From assembly GCA_038882955.1 (NCBI GenBank), contig JAVZNC010000003.1, forward strand, positions 1 to 64,000: a stretch of 64,000 bases of DNA, given 5' to 3'. Each line of letters begins with the position of its first letter. Positions within the stretch are counted from its first letter, which is position 1. Source of the stretch: Candidatus Bathyarchaeia archaeon. GTDB lineage: Archaea; Thermoproteota; Bathyarchaeia; Bathyarchaeales; Bathycorpusculaceae. The notes under the pieces were generated by a model. The model searched no databases and was not told the origin of the DNA. It was given only the letters and a program-made list of their open reading frames with translations. Shown here piece after piece: positions 18,129-27,547 of the stretch. The position numbers and the translations under genes were made by a program.

Positions 18129-20477
18129 TCACTCCTTTCTTTTCCTAATTAACCGCGGCAAAAGTGTTGGGTCTGGGATGACTGTTTCCTTCCATCCTTT
18201 TTCTTCGAGAATCCTTATTATTTCGTCTTTCATGGTTACTGGTATGTCCGCAATTGTCCTCACGAATAGGTGAATGTCTTTTGGCATTGTTCCGTATAGC
18301 CTTTTATGCAAGTCTATGTAATGCGTAAGTTTTATGGCGCGTCCCTTCGTTGTATCGTTGGGACGCATACAAAGTTTAGCTATCATGACAATGGCTTCTT
18401 CCTTTGTTTCAGCCGCATAAAAGAGGTGTTCCGGAGCTGGCCCAACATACACTTTCTCGCCCGTTCGGGCGTCGTAAACGTACCAGTCTTCTTCGCGGTC
18501 AGCCCTTCCCAAGAGCATGCGCCTATACTTTGTGCCGTGTGGACCGACAACAACTGGCACGCCTAAACGCCAGAAACCGCTTGCGATTGAGGCGGCTTTT
18601 TGGGAGTAGGCGCCCCAAGCAACGCCGACAGCGCCCACACGGTTAAGTATGTAGTCGGCTATTTCCTCGTAGTTGGCGCGTAAATTCCTTTTTGCGAATA
18701 TGTTTGCGATTTTTATGGCTGCCCCAGCGATATGCGCGTTTGAGACGCATGAACCCACGTTAACGAGACCGCCAGCCGCGAACTCGCCGGTGAACACTTC
18801 GTAGGGCGTTTTTCCCTCTTCGTCCTTGTACATTCCAGCTGACATTGCGGCGCAGCCAGAAGTAACTACTATGTAGCGTCTGTTTGCGAATTCTCGGCAT
18901 ATTTCGGCTACTTCCAATCCGCCTTTTGGGTAGTTGGCGCATCCAACAACAGCTATCACGCCTGGGATTTCGCCGAGAACTATTGGACTGCCAACGTTCC
19001 GAATTTCCACGTCTTGGATTGCGCCTCTCCCAGCCCTTATCTTGTAGGTTTCCTCTTTCAGCTTCTTCTCCCCAGCCTTAACGATGAAACTGTGAATTGG
19101 TAAATCGACTGGGCAAGCGTGTTCGCATCTTCCACAACCAACACAGAAATCATATAATTCCGCAAGTTCTGTTAGGCTTCCCTGCGCCGCTGCCTTCATA
19201 GCCTTTGGAATTTCAAGGTCTTGCGGACAAGCTCTTCTGCAGTCGCTGCATTGCCTACACTCTTTTGCTCTTCGCAAGACTTCGTCGACTTCTGGTATGA
19301 CCTTAAACTTTTTCCGCAACGAAGCAACTTTCAAAGCGACTTTGACTGCTACCTCACCAACCTTTTCTGGGTCGAGGATTAAAACGCCTGAAGCCTTCCC
19401 GCTTACAAGGTCTTCCACAATCTGGTCTGCTGGGTCGTTTGTGCGGTTGGGCAGACCCATACAATTCTTTTCTGAAGCGACTATGACTGGAGCCTTAATC
19501 CTTTGAGCCTCGTAGAAAGAGTCTATTCTAATGCACTGTTCGTCGAGCACAACAACATCTGGAACACCGCTTCTTATAAAACGCAACTGCCACGAAATTG
19601 GGCCGACGATTTTTCCACGTGTATAATAACGCGTTGTGTCATGCGCAGTGCAGCATAACCCGCAAACTTCAATTTCTCCGTCGAGACCATTATCCTTGAT
19701 ATAATCGATTATTCCGACAGAGGGAACAACATTATGCCCGATACATAGGATTACTGGTTTTTCAATGTTTATTGTTCCAAAACCCAAATTCACAAGCGGT
19801 GCGTCTGGGTCAGCCTTCGGAAAACCGTAAGCAGCTATTTGGGCTATGTCTGCAACTTCCATTCCAACGTGGTCAACCATTCCAGCGTGAAAGACCTTTG
19901 ACTCAAAGTCCAAATTGTGTCCTTCTTGTCCAGTGTGGGCGACAGAAAGTAGGTGGGTAATTTGTGTTTCAACATAGTCCAAAATCTCTTCTAAATCGCC
20001 TAGTGTTTCGGGTTTTATTCCGCAGACAAGCCTCGTCACTGGAGCCTCAACTTTAACGTTTAGTCCGCCAACATCTAACGGGTAGTTGCGCCCATACTTT
20101 TCAATTAAATGCTCAACCAAGTGACGTGCATGTCCAGTGTGCGTGGCTGCACCGATACAGCATGCGAGAAGCACGATGCGGGATTGTTGTCCGGCCATGT
20201 CTATGCCGCATGCCCCACGCTTGTTTCCAGTTAGGTCACACTTGCCGAACGTGCATAAACAGCATAAATCGCAGAAGGGCATGTAAAATGGCTTGTAGCG
20301 CTGAAGAAGCTTCATGTCCCACTCTCTCAAAGTCGTAAGCGAAGGAAAAGGCGTCGGTCCCATCGGTTCAGCCCATTTTTCTTCGAGGAGTTTGCCGATG
20401 GAGATTTCGAGGTTTTTTATTGTGCCAACATCGGTTTTCAGTTCGTCAACCTTAACACGTATGCCTTTTCTGTTCAA
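18129..20477 (-). CDS. cdhA: ACDS alpha subunit (Ni-CO dehydrogenase)
   Basis: CDLCCLCTFGKC, GLCCTAHD, two CxxCxxCxxxCP motifs, GSCVSN; TTG start with GGTGAGG. Confidence 0.97.
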   Translation of the reverse strand: MNRKGIRVKVDELKTDVGTIKNLEISIGKLLEEKWAEPMGPTPFPSLTTLREWDMKLLQRYKPFYMPFCDLCCLCTFGKCDLTGNKRGACGIDMAGQQSRIVLLACCIGAATHTGHARHLVEHLIEKYGRNYPLDVGGLNVKVEAPVTRLVCGIKPETLGDLEEILDYVETQITHLLSVAHTGQEGHNLDFESKVFHAGMVDHVGMEVADIAQIAAYGFPKADPDAPLVNLGFGTINIEKPVILCIGHNVVPSVGIIDYIKDNGLDGEIEVCGLCCTAHDTTRYYTRGKIVGPISWQLRFIRSGVPDVVVLDEQCIRIDSFYEAQRIKAPVIVASEKNCMGLPNRTNDPADQIVEDLVSGKASGVLILDPEKVGEVAVKVALKVASLRKKFKVIPEVDEVLRRAKECRQCSDCRRACPQDLEIPKAMKAAAQGSLTELAELYDFCVGCGRCEHACPVDLPIHSFIVKAGEKKLKEETYKIRAGRGAIQDVEIRNVGSPIVLGEIPGVIAVVGCANYPKGGLEVAEICREFANRRYIVVTSGCAAMSAGMYKDEEGKTPYEVFTGEFAAGGLVNVGSCVSNAHIAGAAIKIANIFAKRNLRANYEEIADYILNRVGAVGVAWGAYSQKAASIASGFWRLGVPVVVGPHGTKYRRMLLGRADREEDWYVYDARTGEKVYVGPAPEHLFYAAETKEEAIVMIAKLCMRPNDTTKGRAIKLTHYIDLHKRLYGTMPKDIHLFVRTIADIPVTMKDEIIRILEEKGWKETVIPDPTLLPRLIRKRKE

Positions 20478-20585
20478 GCCTCACCAACCCAAAAAGGTTC
20501 AGAAAATGTAAGTTTCGTGATGTATTATTTTAAGCTTTTCTAGAATCATTTTCTATCAAATTTGCGTTAAATATAATTCAAGTGG

Positions 20586-21365
20586 TTAAGGTTGCCTTAA
20601 ATATCCAGCTTTTTCCATCAAGCGCCAAACAGAAACATACGCTGGAGAATCATGCGGCAAATCCAAGAGAGATTTTCCAGACAAGACGTATTCCTCAAGT
20701 GTTTCGTCATACGCGATTTTTCCTAGATAATCAAACTTCAAGGCTTCCAAATCGAGTTTTTCTGGAACCCTAAAGCCTCCAACGACATAGAAGTTTTTAA
20801 ACTCTATCTTGACTTCTTTTACTATTCGGTATGCACGTTCAATGTGAAGAAACGCCTTCTTAGAGGGGTCAATTATGTCAAAAATGTCATCAACCTTTGA
20901 GGTTATCCTCCTATTTAGGTGTTCAAGACCAGCAGGCGAATCAATAAGCACATACCTATAATTTTTTGTCAAAGATTCTAAAGCGCCTTTCAACGCCGCG
21001 TTTGGTAGACAATAGCACCCCTCAACCCACTTTGTTCCAAGAGCTATAAAATCGAAAAATTTTCCCTCATGCATGCCGCAAGCCCAAATCTTGTTTTCTA
21101 TTCTCTGTGTCGGCGGAACACCAACCGTTGTGCCGCCTTCTTCAAGGAAAGTTTCAACAAGAAGTTCGGAAATCGTCTTTTTCCCCTCTTCCTTTAGGTC
21201 TACGCCAACCATCTCGCCTAGGTTCTGGTCTGGGTCAGCGTCGACAAGTAAAAGCGGAGTGTCGCCAACTTCAATGAAGTACTTTGTCATCAACGCCACA
21301 AAACTTGTTTTTCCAGTTCCGCCTCGACCTATTGTAACGACTATCTTCATTTTGTTTACGCTCAT
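20586..21365 (-). CDS. cooC: CooC/AcsF-family Ni-insertion ATPase
   Basis: GRGGTGKT, DADPD, EGCYC, DSPAGLEHLNR. Confidence 0.88.
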   Translation of the reverse strand: MSVNKMKIVVTIGRGGTGKTSFVALMTKYFIEVGDTPLLLVDADPDQNLGEMVGVDLKEEGKKTISELLVETFLEEGGTTVGVPPTQRIENKIWACGMHEGKFFDFIALGTKWVEGCYCLPNAALKGALESLTKNYRYVLIDSPAGLEHLNRRITSKVDDIFDIIDPSKKAFLHIERAYRIVKEVKIEFKNFYVVGGFRVPEKLDLEALKFDYLGKIAYDETLEEYVLSGKSLLDLPHDSPAYVSVWRLMEKAGYLRQP

Positions 21366-21570
21366 TTTCTATAGAGCACTGTATAAGTCGCTAGTTTTAA
21401 ATGAATGTACACTTTTATCTGTTTTGGTATAGAAAAGAGGAAAGTTTCCACGTTGCTTTAGTAGAGCAAAATCGATTTACCAATACGAACTGATGAATTA
21501 CGATAGTGTCATTTTCTTTAGCCTATGTTTAAATTTAAATTTAAGAGGCGCAAAAAGCGAACAATGGAGG

Positions 21571-22137
21571 ATGGACGTCGTGAATGAAACTATTAGAACC
21601 ATCAAGAATAGGAGAAGTATTAGGAAGTTTAAAGCTTACCAAATACCCGACGAGATTTTAAGCGAGATATTAGAGTGCGCCGTCTTCGCGCCTAACGCTA
21701 GAAACCAGCAGAAGTGGCATTTCACAGTGATACAGAACAAAAGCGTTCTAGCCAGGATGGTAAGCCTGTTAAGGGAAAATATGCTGAATTCTGGAATAGA
21801 ATTTTTGATTGATAGAGCAAAAGATTCAAACTTTGATCCATTCGGCAGTGCCCCCACACTAATCCTTGTTACAGCTGATAAGTCTGCTCGGTTTGTCGAA
21901 TTTGATTGCGCTACAGCTGCAGAAAATATTATGATTGCCGCTGAATCCTTGGGATTGGGCTCGCATGTAATGGCGATGACCGAACTGATTTTTGCGTCGG
22001 AAAAGGGAAAGGAACTCAAAAGGGAATTGGGGGTTCCAGAGGAATATGAACACATGTGCACAATAGCCCTAGGCTATAAAGATGAAAATCCGCCACCAAA
22101 GCCGAGAAGAAAAGACGTAATCAACTACATAAAATAG
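21571..22137 (+). CDS. Nitroreductase family protein
   Basis: RRSIRKF, APNARNQQKW, AAESLGLGS, IALGY. Confidence 0.92.
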   Translation: MDVVNETIRTIKNRRSIRKFKAYQIPDEILSEILECAVFAPNARNQQKWHFTVIQNKSVLARMVSLLRENMLNSGIEFLIDRAKDSNFDPFGSAPTLILVTADKSARFVEFDCATAAENIMIAAESLGLGSHVMAMTELIFASEKGKELKRELGVPEEYEHMCTIALGYKDENPPPKPRRKDVINYIK

Positions 22138-22213
22138 TTCTTTAATTTGACACGTGTAGGATTTGAAGTGCCTTAAATTTTTATGCCATTTTGCGTGGTT
22201 ATTGGTCGCTTTT

Positions 22214-23152
22214 TTAGAGGATTAGCTGAATCATTATTAGGGCTATTATGAGTATTGGCAGTGTTTTAAGCGCTTTTTTGTTGAATTTTTGTGCTTCTTC
22301 TGTTTTCTTTGCGTCTACAAGTGTCATTATGTAAACAGACGCTGAGAGGTTGTAGAGGAAAATCGCGTATATGGCAAGCATCATTCTATCGGCTAAAGTC
22401 ATGTAGCCCACTGGAGGTATGCCGCTGAGTAGTGCCAAATGAAAAGCCGTTGCAGACATGAGGGTTGTGACGCCTAAACCTATTCTTTGAGCAAAGTTTT
22501 GAGGCGATATGGCAAAAGCAAGCAAAGATATTGTGGTTATAACAGCAATGGGCAAGACGCTTTTGATGAAAGACGAGATTACAGGACGCTTTAAAGTGAT
22601 GCTAAAAACAAATCTGGAGTAGGCTTCATCACCGTACAAATGTTCTACTACACCTACCTCAAAATCTCCAATCTCCCACCCTGCCACATTTACGTCTTCA
22701 TCAATGGTCGATGTTGGATCTGCTTCAAAAATTAAGAAAGAGCTGTTGAGGTACTTGTGTTCCAGTTCCACGGTAAGTTTGTGGGTTTCAAATGGATACT
22801 GCGAGAAATCGAAGGTTTTTATAAAATCTCCCCTAACACGGTATTCCAAATATCCAAGCGTCTCGTTTACCTTAACTTCATATTTTGTTGCGGGGACGCC
22901 GTTGACAAACTCGAATTCTCTTACTTCTTCCAGACTTATTTCAGAAGAATTGAACCAGAACCATAAATAAAAATCCACGCGATAACTGCTCGCAGCCAAA
23001 TCCACTTTTTCAATATTCACAAGCCAAACTCCAACCATAACATTTGCAGGGTTAACCGACGAATTTTCGACTCTTACATTACACGTTAAAATCGAAAAAG
23101 GCGCTAACATTACCAACAATAGGGGTAACAGCCAAACCTTCATATATGCCAC
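22214..23152 (-). CDS. Pentameric ligand-gated ion channel homolog (Cys-less, GLIC/ELIC-like)
   Basis: Signal peptide; VGVWLVNI..D..VDFYL; YPFE Pro-loop; pre-M1 KR; four TM helices with M1 LP and M2-M3 IPPVGYMTLAD. Confidence 0.88.
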   Translation of the reverse strand: MAYMKVWLLPLLLVMLAPFSILTCNVRVENSSVNPANVMVGVWLVNIEKVDLAASSYRVDFYLWFWFNSSEISLEEVREFEFVNGVPATKYEVKVNETLGYLEYRVRGDFIKTFDFSQYPFETHKLTVELEHKYLNSSFLIFEADPTSTIDEDVNVAGWEIGDFEVGVVEHLYGDEAYSRFVFSITLKRPVISSFIKSVLPIAVITTISLLAFAISPQNFAQRIGLGVTTLMSATAFHLALLSGIPPVGYMTLADRMMLAIYAIFLYNLSASVYIMTLVDAKKTEEAQKFNKKALKTLPILIIALIMIQLIL

Positions 23153-23422
23153 CCTGCAAAGCGATAGACATGTTTTGCTTCATAAACCCGTTTATGTTAT
23201 ATAAAAATTTCGAGTCCTGCAAAAATGCATTGAATCTATCATTTTGGCTCTGCAAAATTCAGAATTTTTGGCGTTGAACCCTCAATCTGTCATCACCAAG
23301 AAAGTACGATTTGCTGGAAAATCTAGAGGGGGTATCCAATTTTGCGCAGTTTCAACTTGTAAAATTGACGTTGCCATGCTGTTGGGATATTCCGAAGATG
23401 ATATGGAAGTAGCCATCCTTTA

Positions 23423-23905
23423 TCAAGTTGCCATTGTTGGCTTATATCTTGTCAAGAATTCCTTTGGTGTTGGAAATATCGCCTTAACTCGTTCTTGGCG
23501 TTTTTTTGCGTTTATGGTGTTTTCCAGCATTGTGTAGGCTCTTGGTGTGCTGAACTTTTCTGTTTCGCCGTTTTCTCTTTTACGCGTAACCTTTATGCAG
23601 TCGTCTACGATGCAGTTTATGACACAGGCGCCGCAGTATATGCAAAGTTCTTCTGTTATGCCTACTTCGCCGCTTTTCCAGTATAGAGCGTTTGTTGGAC
23701 AAGCCTTAATGCAGAGTTTGCATTCCACGCCTTTACATGTTCGCTTGTTTATGGATATTTTTCCTTCAACGAAAAACTCTTTAACTTCAAGTGGCGCCAA
23801 GAGTTCTTGTCTACGCTTCCTTTTCGCCTTTTCAGCAGTTTCGATTAAGGCTTTGAATATGTCAATGTCTTGCGCCTTGCCAGTTTTTCCTTGCATTTGT
23901 TTCAT
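23423..23905 (-). CDS. 2x[4Fe-4S] ferredoxin-domain protein
   Basis: CKGVECKLCIKACP and CIYCGACVINC. Confidence 0.85.
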   Translation of the reverse strand: MKQMQGKTGKAQDIDIFKALIETAEKAKRKRRQELLAPLEVKEFFVEGKISINKRTCKGVECKLCIKACPTNALYWKSGEVGITEELCIYCGACVINCIVDDCIKVTRKRENGETEKFSTPRAYTMLENTINAKKRQERVKAIFPTPKEFLTRYKPTMAT

Positions 23906-24062
23906 CTTTAGGTTAAATATGCAGTTAAGGAAGGTATAATCTATAACGGTCACGGATTATAATTATTTACTCAAAATAAAGGCGCAAGATTCGCTTTGGC
24001 TGGTGAAAGGGCGAAACCTATAACTTGGTTAAGCTCAACTTATTGTTCTTAGGTGAAAGTAA

Positions 24063-24248
24063 ATGTGCGAATTTACAGTTATCCTTGACGGAAAGACAGT
24101 TTTCAAGGATGTTGTTTACGCAAAAATGGAAAGCAACGGCATAACGCTGAAAAATGTTCTAGGCGAAACCAAAACACTCAAAGACTGCAAAATAGTAGAG
24201 GTCGACGTAAACTCAACGCGCCTAGTTCTAGCAAAAACTAAAAGCTGA
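24063..24248 (+). CDS. cooT: CooT-family Ni-binding protein
   Basis: 61 aa, MCE N-terminus, DVV..NVLGE..EVD; GGTGA SD; close to CODH operon. Confidence 0.8.
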   Translation: MCEFTVILDGKTVFKDVVYAKMESNGITLKNVLGETKTLKDCKIVEVDVNSTRLVLAKTKS

Positions 24249-25062
24249 CAAACGCCACGGCAAAGCCAGCAGCTAAACCGAAAAATATTGGAAAAGGCAG
24301 CCCTGGGAACATCCCCTTCTTCTCCACAATCTTGAAGGTTAAGAGGCAACCAGCCAAAATACCCACAATAGAGGCAATGCACGAGGTTAAGCCGAAACTT
24401 AGGAGCATGTGTCCAGAAAGCATAGAATAAAAAGTTACGTCTCCCAAACCCATCTGGATATCCTTAAAAGAGAAGCTTAAACCCTTAAGCTGTTCTAAGC
24501 CGTTGTGGGCGATTTTGCCAACTGGCCCGTGATAAACGGCGAATGCATCGTAAACTGCCAAGAAGCTTAGGATGAGCACGGTGCTGAGCGTTGGTATGGA
24601 TATTCCTAGAAAGGCGCCTAAAGCTCCGCCCAAGCCCAAAATAGCCATACTAGCCGCGGTGTTTTTATTTCCAAAAATCGCAAAATCCGCTATGAACGTT
24701 ATGAGAACAGACAATGCCAGCACCAAAGCATCCGCCTCGTAAGTTACAAATTTCGCAAAGAAAGCTGAAAGGTATATGTATGAAAAGATAAAGAAAGCAG
24801 TTGTTAAAGCGAACCCAATAATCCCGTTTATTAACCTCTGGTTTTTCCTCTTAACAAGAACGTATATTAGTCCAGCGCCAACTCCCACCAGAACAACAAA
24901 ATAGATAGCGTTGCCAACAGAGCCAACACCTTCTTCGAAAGGCGTAACCGCGTAAATCTCCAGCGGTGAAGTTAAAAGCAGAAAAGCACAGAAAACACCG
25001 AAAATCAAGCTTGCAAGAACAGGAACCAAAGTTAAAATTTTCGTTTCAAGCCTAACCTTCAA
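24238..25062 (-). CDS. Presenilin/SPP-family intramembrane aspartyl protease
   Basis: LAVYD, MGLGD, PGLP; multiple TMs. Confidence 0.9.
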   Translation of the reverse strand: MKVRLETKILTLVPVLASLIFGVFCAFLLLTSPLEIYAVTPFEEGVGSVGNAIYFVVLVGVGAGLIYVLVKRKNQRLINGIIGFALTTAFFIFSYIYLSAFFAKFVTYEADALVLALSVLITFIADFAIFGNKNTAASMAILGLGGALGAFLGISIPTLSTVLILSFLAVYDAFAVYHGPVGKIAHNGLEQLKGLSFSFKDIQMGLGDVTFYSMLSGHMLLSFGLTSCIASIVGILAGCLLTFKIVEKKGMFPGLPFPIFFGLAAGFAVAFVSF

Positions 25063-25080
25063 TTTTTCACCCGCACACAG

Positions 25081-25620
25081 TTAAAGGGTTAATCCAATTT
25101 TCATTTGGCACTTATTACAGAATAAACTTTGCTTTCTATCGGTTTCGAAAATGGAATTGGAAAAATACATGACACAAAAGGGATTGGAACAATGCGCCAA
25201 ACCAAAAGTGTGTCCCAACTCATGCACAGCTTCCTTTGTTGCACGTTCAACAAGAAGCGCCACGTTCGGCTTTTCCCCATAAAACTCGGGCTTAAGCCTA
25301 AACAACGAGATAAGCGCCGCCCTTCCAGGACATTCAGCTTCTCCAAAAACAAAATTTAACTCTGGAACGAAAAGGTCTACGCTTGTCATTCCCAAAACGC
25401 GGTCAAACACTTTCACCTTTTCCACATGGGTACGTATTTGCCTCAAAATGATGTCTGAGCGGTGTTGTCCACGCACTTTATCATAAGCTTCGCTTGGAAC
25501 AGACAAAATTTCTCTTATTAATGTGCATTTTGACTTTGGAAAGGCTATTCTCAAGTTTTCAATGACTCTATCTACGACTTCACTGTCAACTTCGCCAACA
25601 CGTAATATCCCAATTTTCAT
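25081..25620 (-). CDS. amzA: Archaemetzincin Zn protease
   Basis: LNFVFGEA, HELGHTFGLAHC..CVMYFSNS..D.K..FC..C. Confidence 0.93.
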   Translation of the reverse strand: MKIGILRVGEVDSEVVDRVIENLRIAFPKSKCTLIREILSVPSEAYDKVRGQHRSDIILRQIRTHVEKVKVFDRVLGMTSVDLFVPELNFVFGEAECPGRAALISLFRLKPEFYGEKPNVALLVERATKEAVHELGHTFGLAHCSNPFCVMYFSNSIFETDRKQSLFCNKCQMKIGLTL

Positions 25621-25628
25621 ATTCTCAC

Positions 25629-26885
25629 TTAAACCTCAAAAACGTCGCCAGTCCTCGGGGCAACGGTTTCCAACCCAAGTTCGCTTCTAATCCATTTAGC
25701 GAAAAGTTCGCAGTTTCCCTCCGCGCCATGAACCACATAGATTTTTGGTTTTCCACCAAGACTTTTCACAGTCTCTTTGAGTTGGCTTGCCCCACAATGA
25801 GATGAAAAATCAAAATGCTCAACTCTCGCCTTGACCTTCCGCATTTTCCCATCAATCAAACATACGCCCTTTTCTAAAAGCTCCCTGCCAGGGGTTCCAG
25901 GAATCTGATAGCTGACAAGAAAAATTGCGTTCTGAGATTTTTTGCCAACTTTCGAAGTGTAGAAAACGGCTGGACCGCCTTTAAGCATGCCCGCTGGCGC
26001 GATTATAACGCCGGGCGTTTTTGTTGCTTTTCTTCGGTCTCTCCATCCTTCAACCCAGTCAGCAGCGTGCATAGCGTCAACAAAGAGTTTCGGGTCTCTC
26101 AAGAACTCCTTATAAGTCATCATTATTTTGCTTGCTTCCCGCGCCATCCCATCAATCGTTACAGAATATTCAAAATGATGTGCCGCTAGGACGCATGCAA
26201 TTTCTTGCGACCTGCCAACGCCGAATGCTGGAACAAGCACTGTTCCTCCTCTCTCGACAATGTCTGTTACTTCCTCCACAAATCTTCTCTCTAATTCCAG
26301 TCTTTCCGGGTGATCTTCATTTGCGTATGTGCTTTCAATTATTACGGCGTCCAAATCATCATAATCCATTTTTGCTCCTTCTAGAAGCCTCGTGTCTATG
26401 GTGTTGAAGTCTCCAGTGTAAAGGAGCCTTTTCCCATCGGCTTCTATTAGTATTTGTGCGCTTCCAGGCGTGTGCCCAGCATTTAATAGCTGAATTTTCA
26501 TGTCTCCTATTTCCTCTTCAACCCCAAAATCTAGGTGCCTGTTGCTTCTCATCATTGACCTTAACTCAAGATATTCATATGGCAAATAGTAGCTTGAAAG
26601 GTGTATGAAATCTGAAATTAGGAGTTGGGTTAGTTCTAGGTTCAGCTTGTTAGTGTATAGGGGTTTTTTGCCGTGGATATAAAATATTGGAACTGCTCCG
26701 GAATGGTCTAGGTGGCTGTGCGTCAAAATTATTGCGTCCACTTCCTTTGGAGGTATATGCATTGGAAAGCCTGGTTCATGGTTCAGCATTACTCCGCAGT
26801 CCAGCAAGACCTGTTTCTTTTCGGTTTTCACTGCTATGGCTATTCTGCCAACTTCGTGTGTTCCGCCCAGAAATCTAATCTGCAA
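25629..26885 (-). CDS. Beta-CASP metallo-beta-lactamase ribonuclease (aCPSF2-like)
   Basis: THSHLDH, AGHTPGS, YTGD, ESTYA, GRSQE, FSSH, VHG. Confidence 0.92.
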   Translation of the reverse strand: MQIRFLGGTHEVGRIAIAVKTEKKQVLLDCGVMLNHEPGFPMHIPPKEVDAIILTHSHLDHSGAVPIFYIHGKKPLYTNKLNLELTQLLISDFIHLSSYYLPYEYLELRSMMRSNRHLDFGVEEEIGDMKIQLLNAGHTPGSAQILIEADGKRLLYTGDFNTIDTRLLEGAKMDYDDLDAVIIESTYANEDHPERLELERRFVEEVTDIVERGGTVLVPAFGVGRSQEIACVLAAHHFEYSVTIDGMAREASKIMMTYKEFLRDPKLFVDAMHAADWVEGWRDRRKATKTPGVIIAPAGMLKGGPAVFYTSKVGKKSQNAIFLVSYQIPGTPGRELLEKGVCLIDGKMRKVKARVEHFDFSSHCGASQLKETVKSLGGKPKIYVVHGAEGNCELFAKWIRSELGLETVAPRTGDVFEV

Positions 26886-26938
26886 CCATACTCATCCTTT
26901 TCACTTTGACTAACGCACTAATCATGCATATTTCTCTT

Positions 26939-27547
26939 TTAAAAATGTATTGACCTTCCAGTTGAAGAAGAAGCCCTCACATGCCCGCTTTTAATCGCCT
27001 TCAAAATCTCGTCAACATCAAGTGTGGCTTGAACCTCTGTGTAGGCAGTCCACAACTCCTCAACCGAATGCGCATCGCTTCCAGCAACACCAGGCAAACC
27101 CATCGTCTTAGCCAAGTTTTCAGCCAATTTATTCAAGTTTGGCGAGGAGGCGCCGTTCAAAACTTCTATGGCGTCAACAGGGTATCTTTTGGCTGAATCG
27201 CCTAGACCATAAGCCCTGTATGGATGGGCGACAACCACTAAACCGCCATTCTGCCTTGCAAAGTCAATAACTTCCATAACAGTCCAAGGTTTGGGCAGAA
27301 ACTCTTCAACGCCTAAAACTATTAGGTCTCCTTCGGCTGTGGCTATTTCAACGCCTGGAATTATTAGGATGTCTCTGTATGCCCTTGCTGATTCGCGAAC
27401 TTTATGGTATCCATCAACCGTGTTGTGGTCTGTTATGGCTATAGCCTTTATAAATGGATGTGCATAAAGCTTTTCAACTATTGTTCTTGGATGAATTGAG
27501 GCGTCAAATGAATAGTTTGTGTGAACGTGCAAGTCAGCCGCTATCAA
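26939..27547 (-). CDS. PHP-domain phosphoesterase
   Basis: DLHVHT, AITDHN, AHP, GSDAH. Confidence 0.92.
   Translation of the reverse strand: MIAADLHVHTNYSFDASIHPRTIVEKLYAHPFIKAIAITDHNTVDGYHKVRESARAYRDILIIPGVEIATAEGDLIVLGVEEFLPKPWTVMEVIDFARQNGGLVVVAHPYRAYGLGDSAKRYPVDAIEVLNGASSPNLNKLAENLAKTMGLPGVAGSDAHSVEELWTAYTEVQATLDVDEILKAIKSGHVRASSSTGRSIHF

Noticed and set aside
21528-21545. TTTAAA tandem run
   Set aside because: Consistent with an ordinary AT-rich TATA region for the nitroreductase gene
23244-23537. 97-aa plus-strand ORF and recurring GTTGCCAT/GTAGCCAT words
   Set aside because: Overlaps the ferredoxin 3' end antisense, no recognisable motif, repeats short and irregular; a gene remnant cannot be excluded
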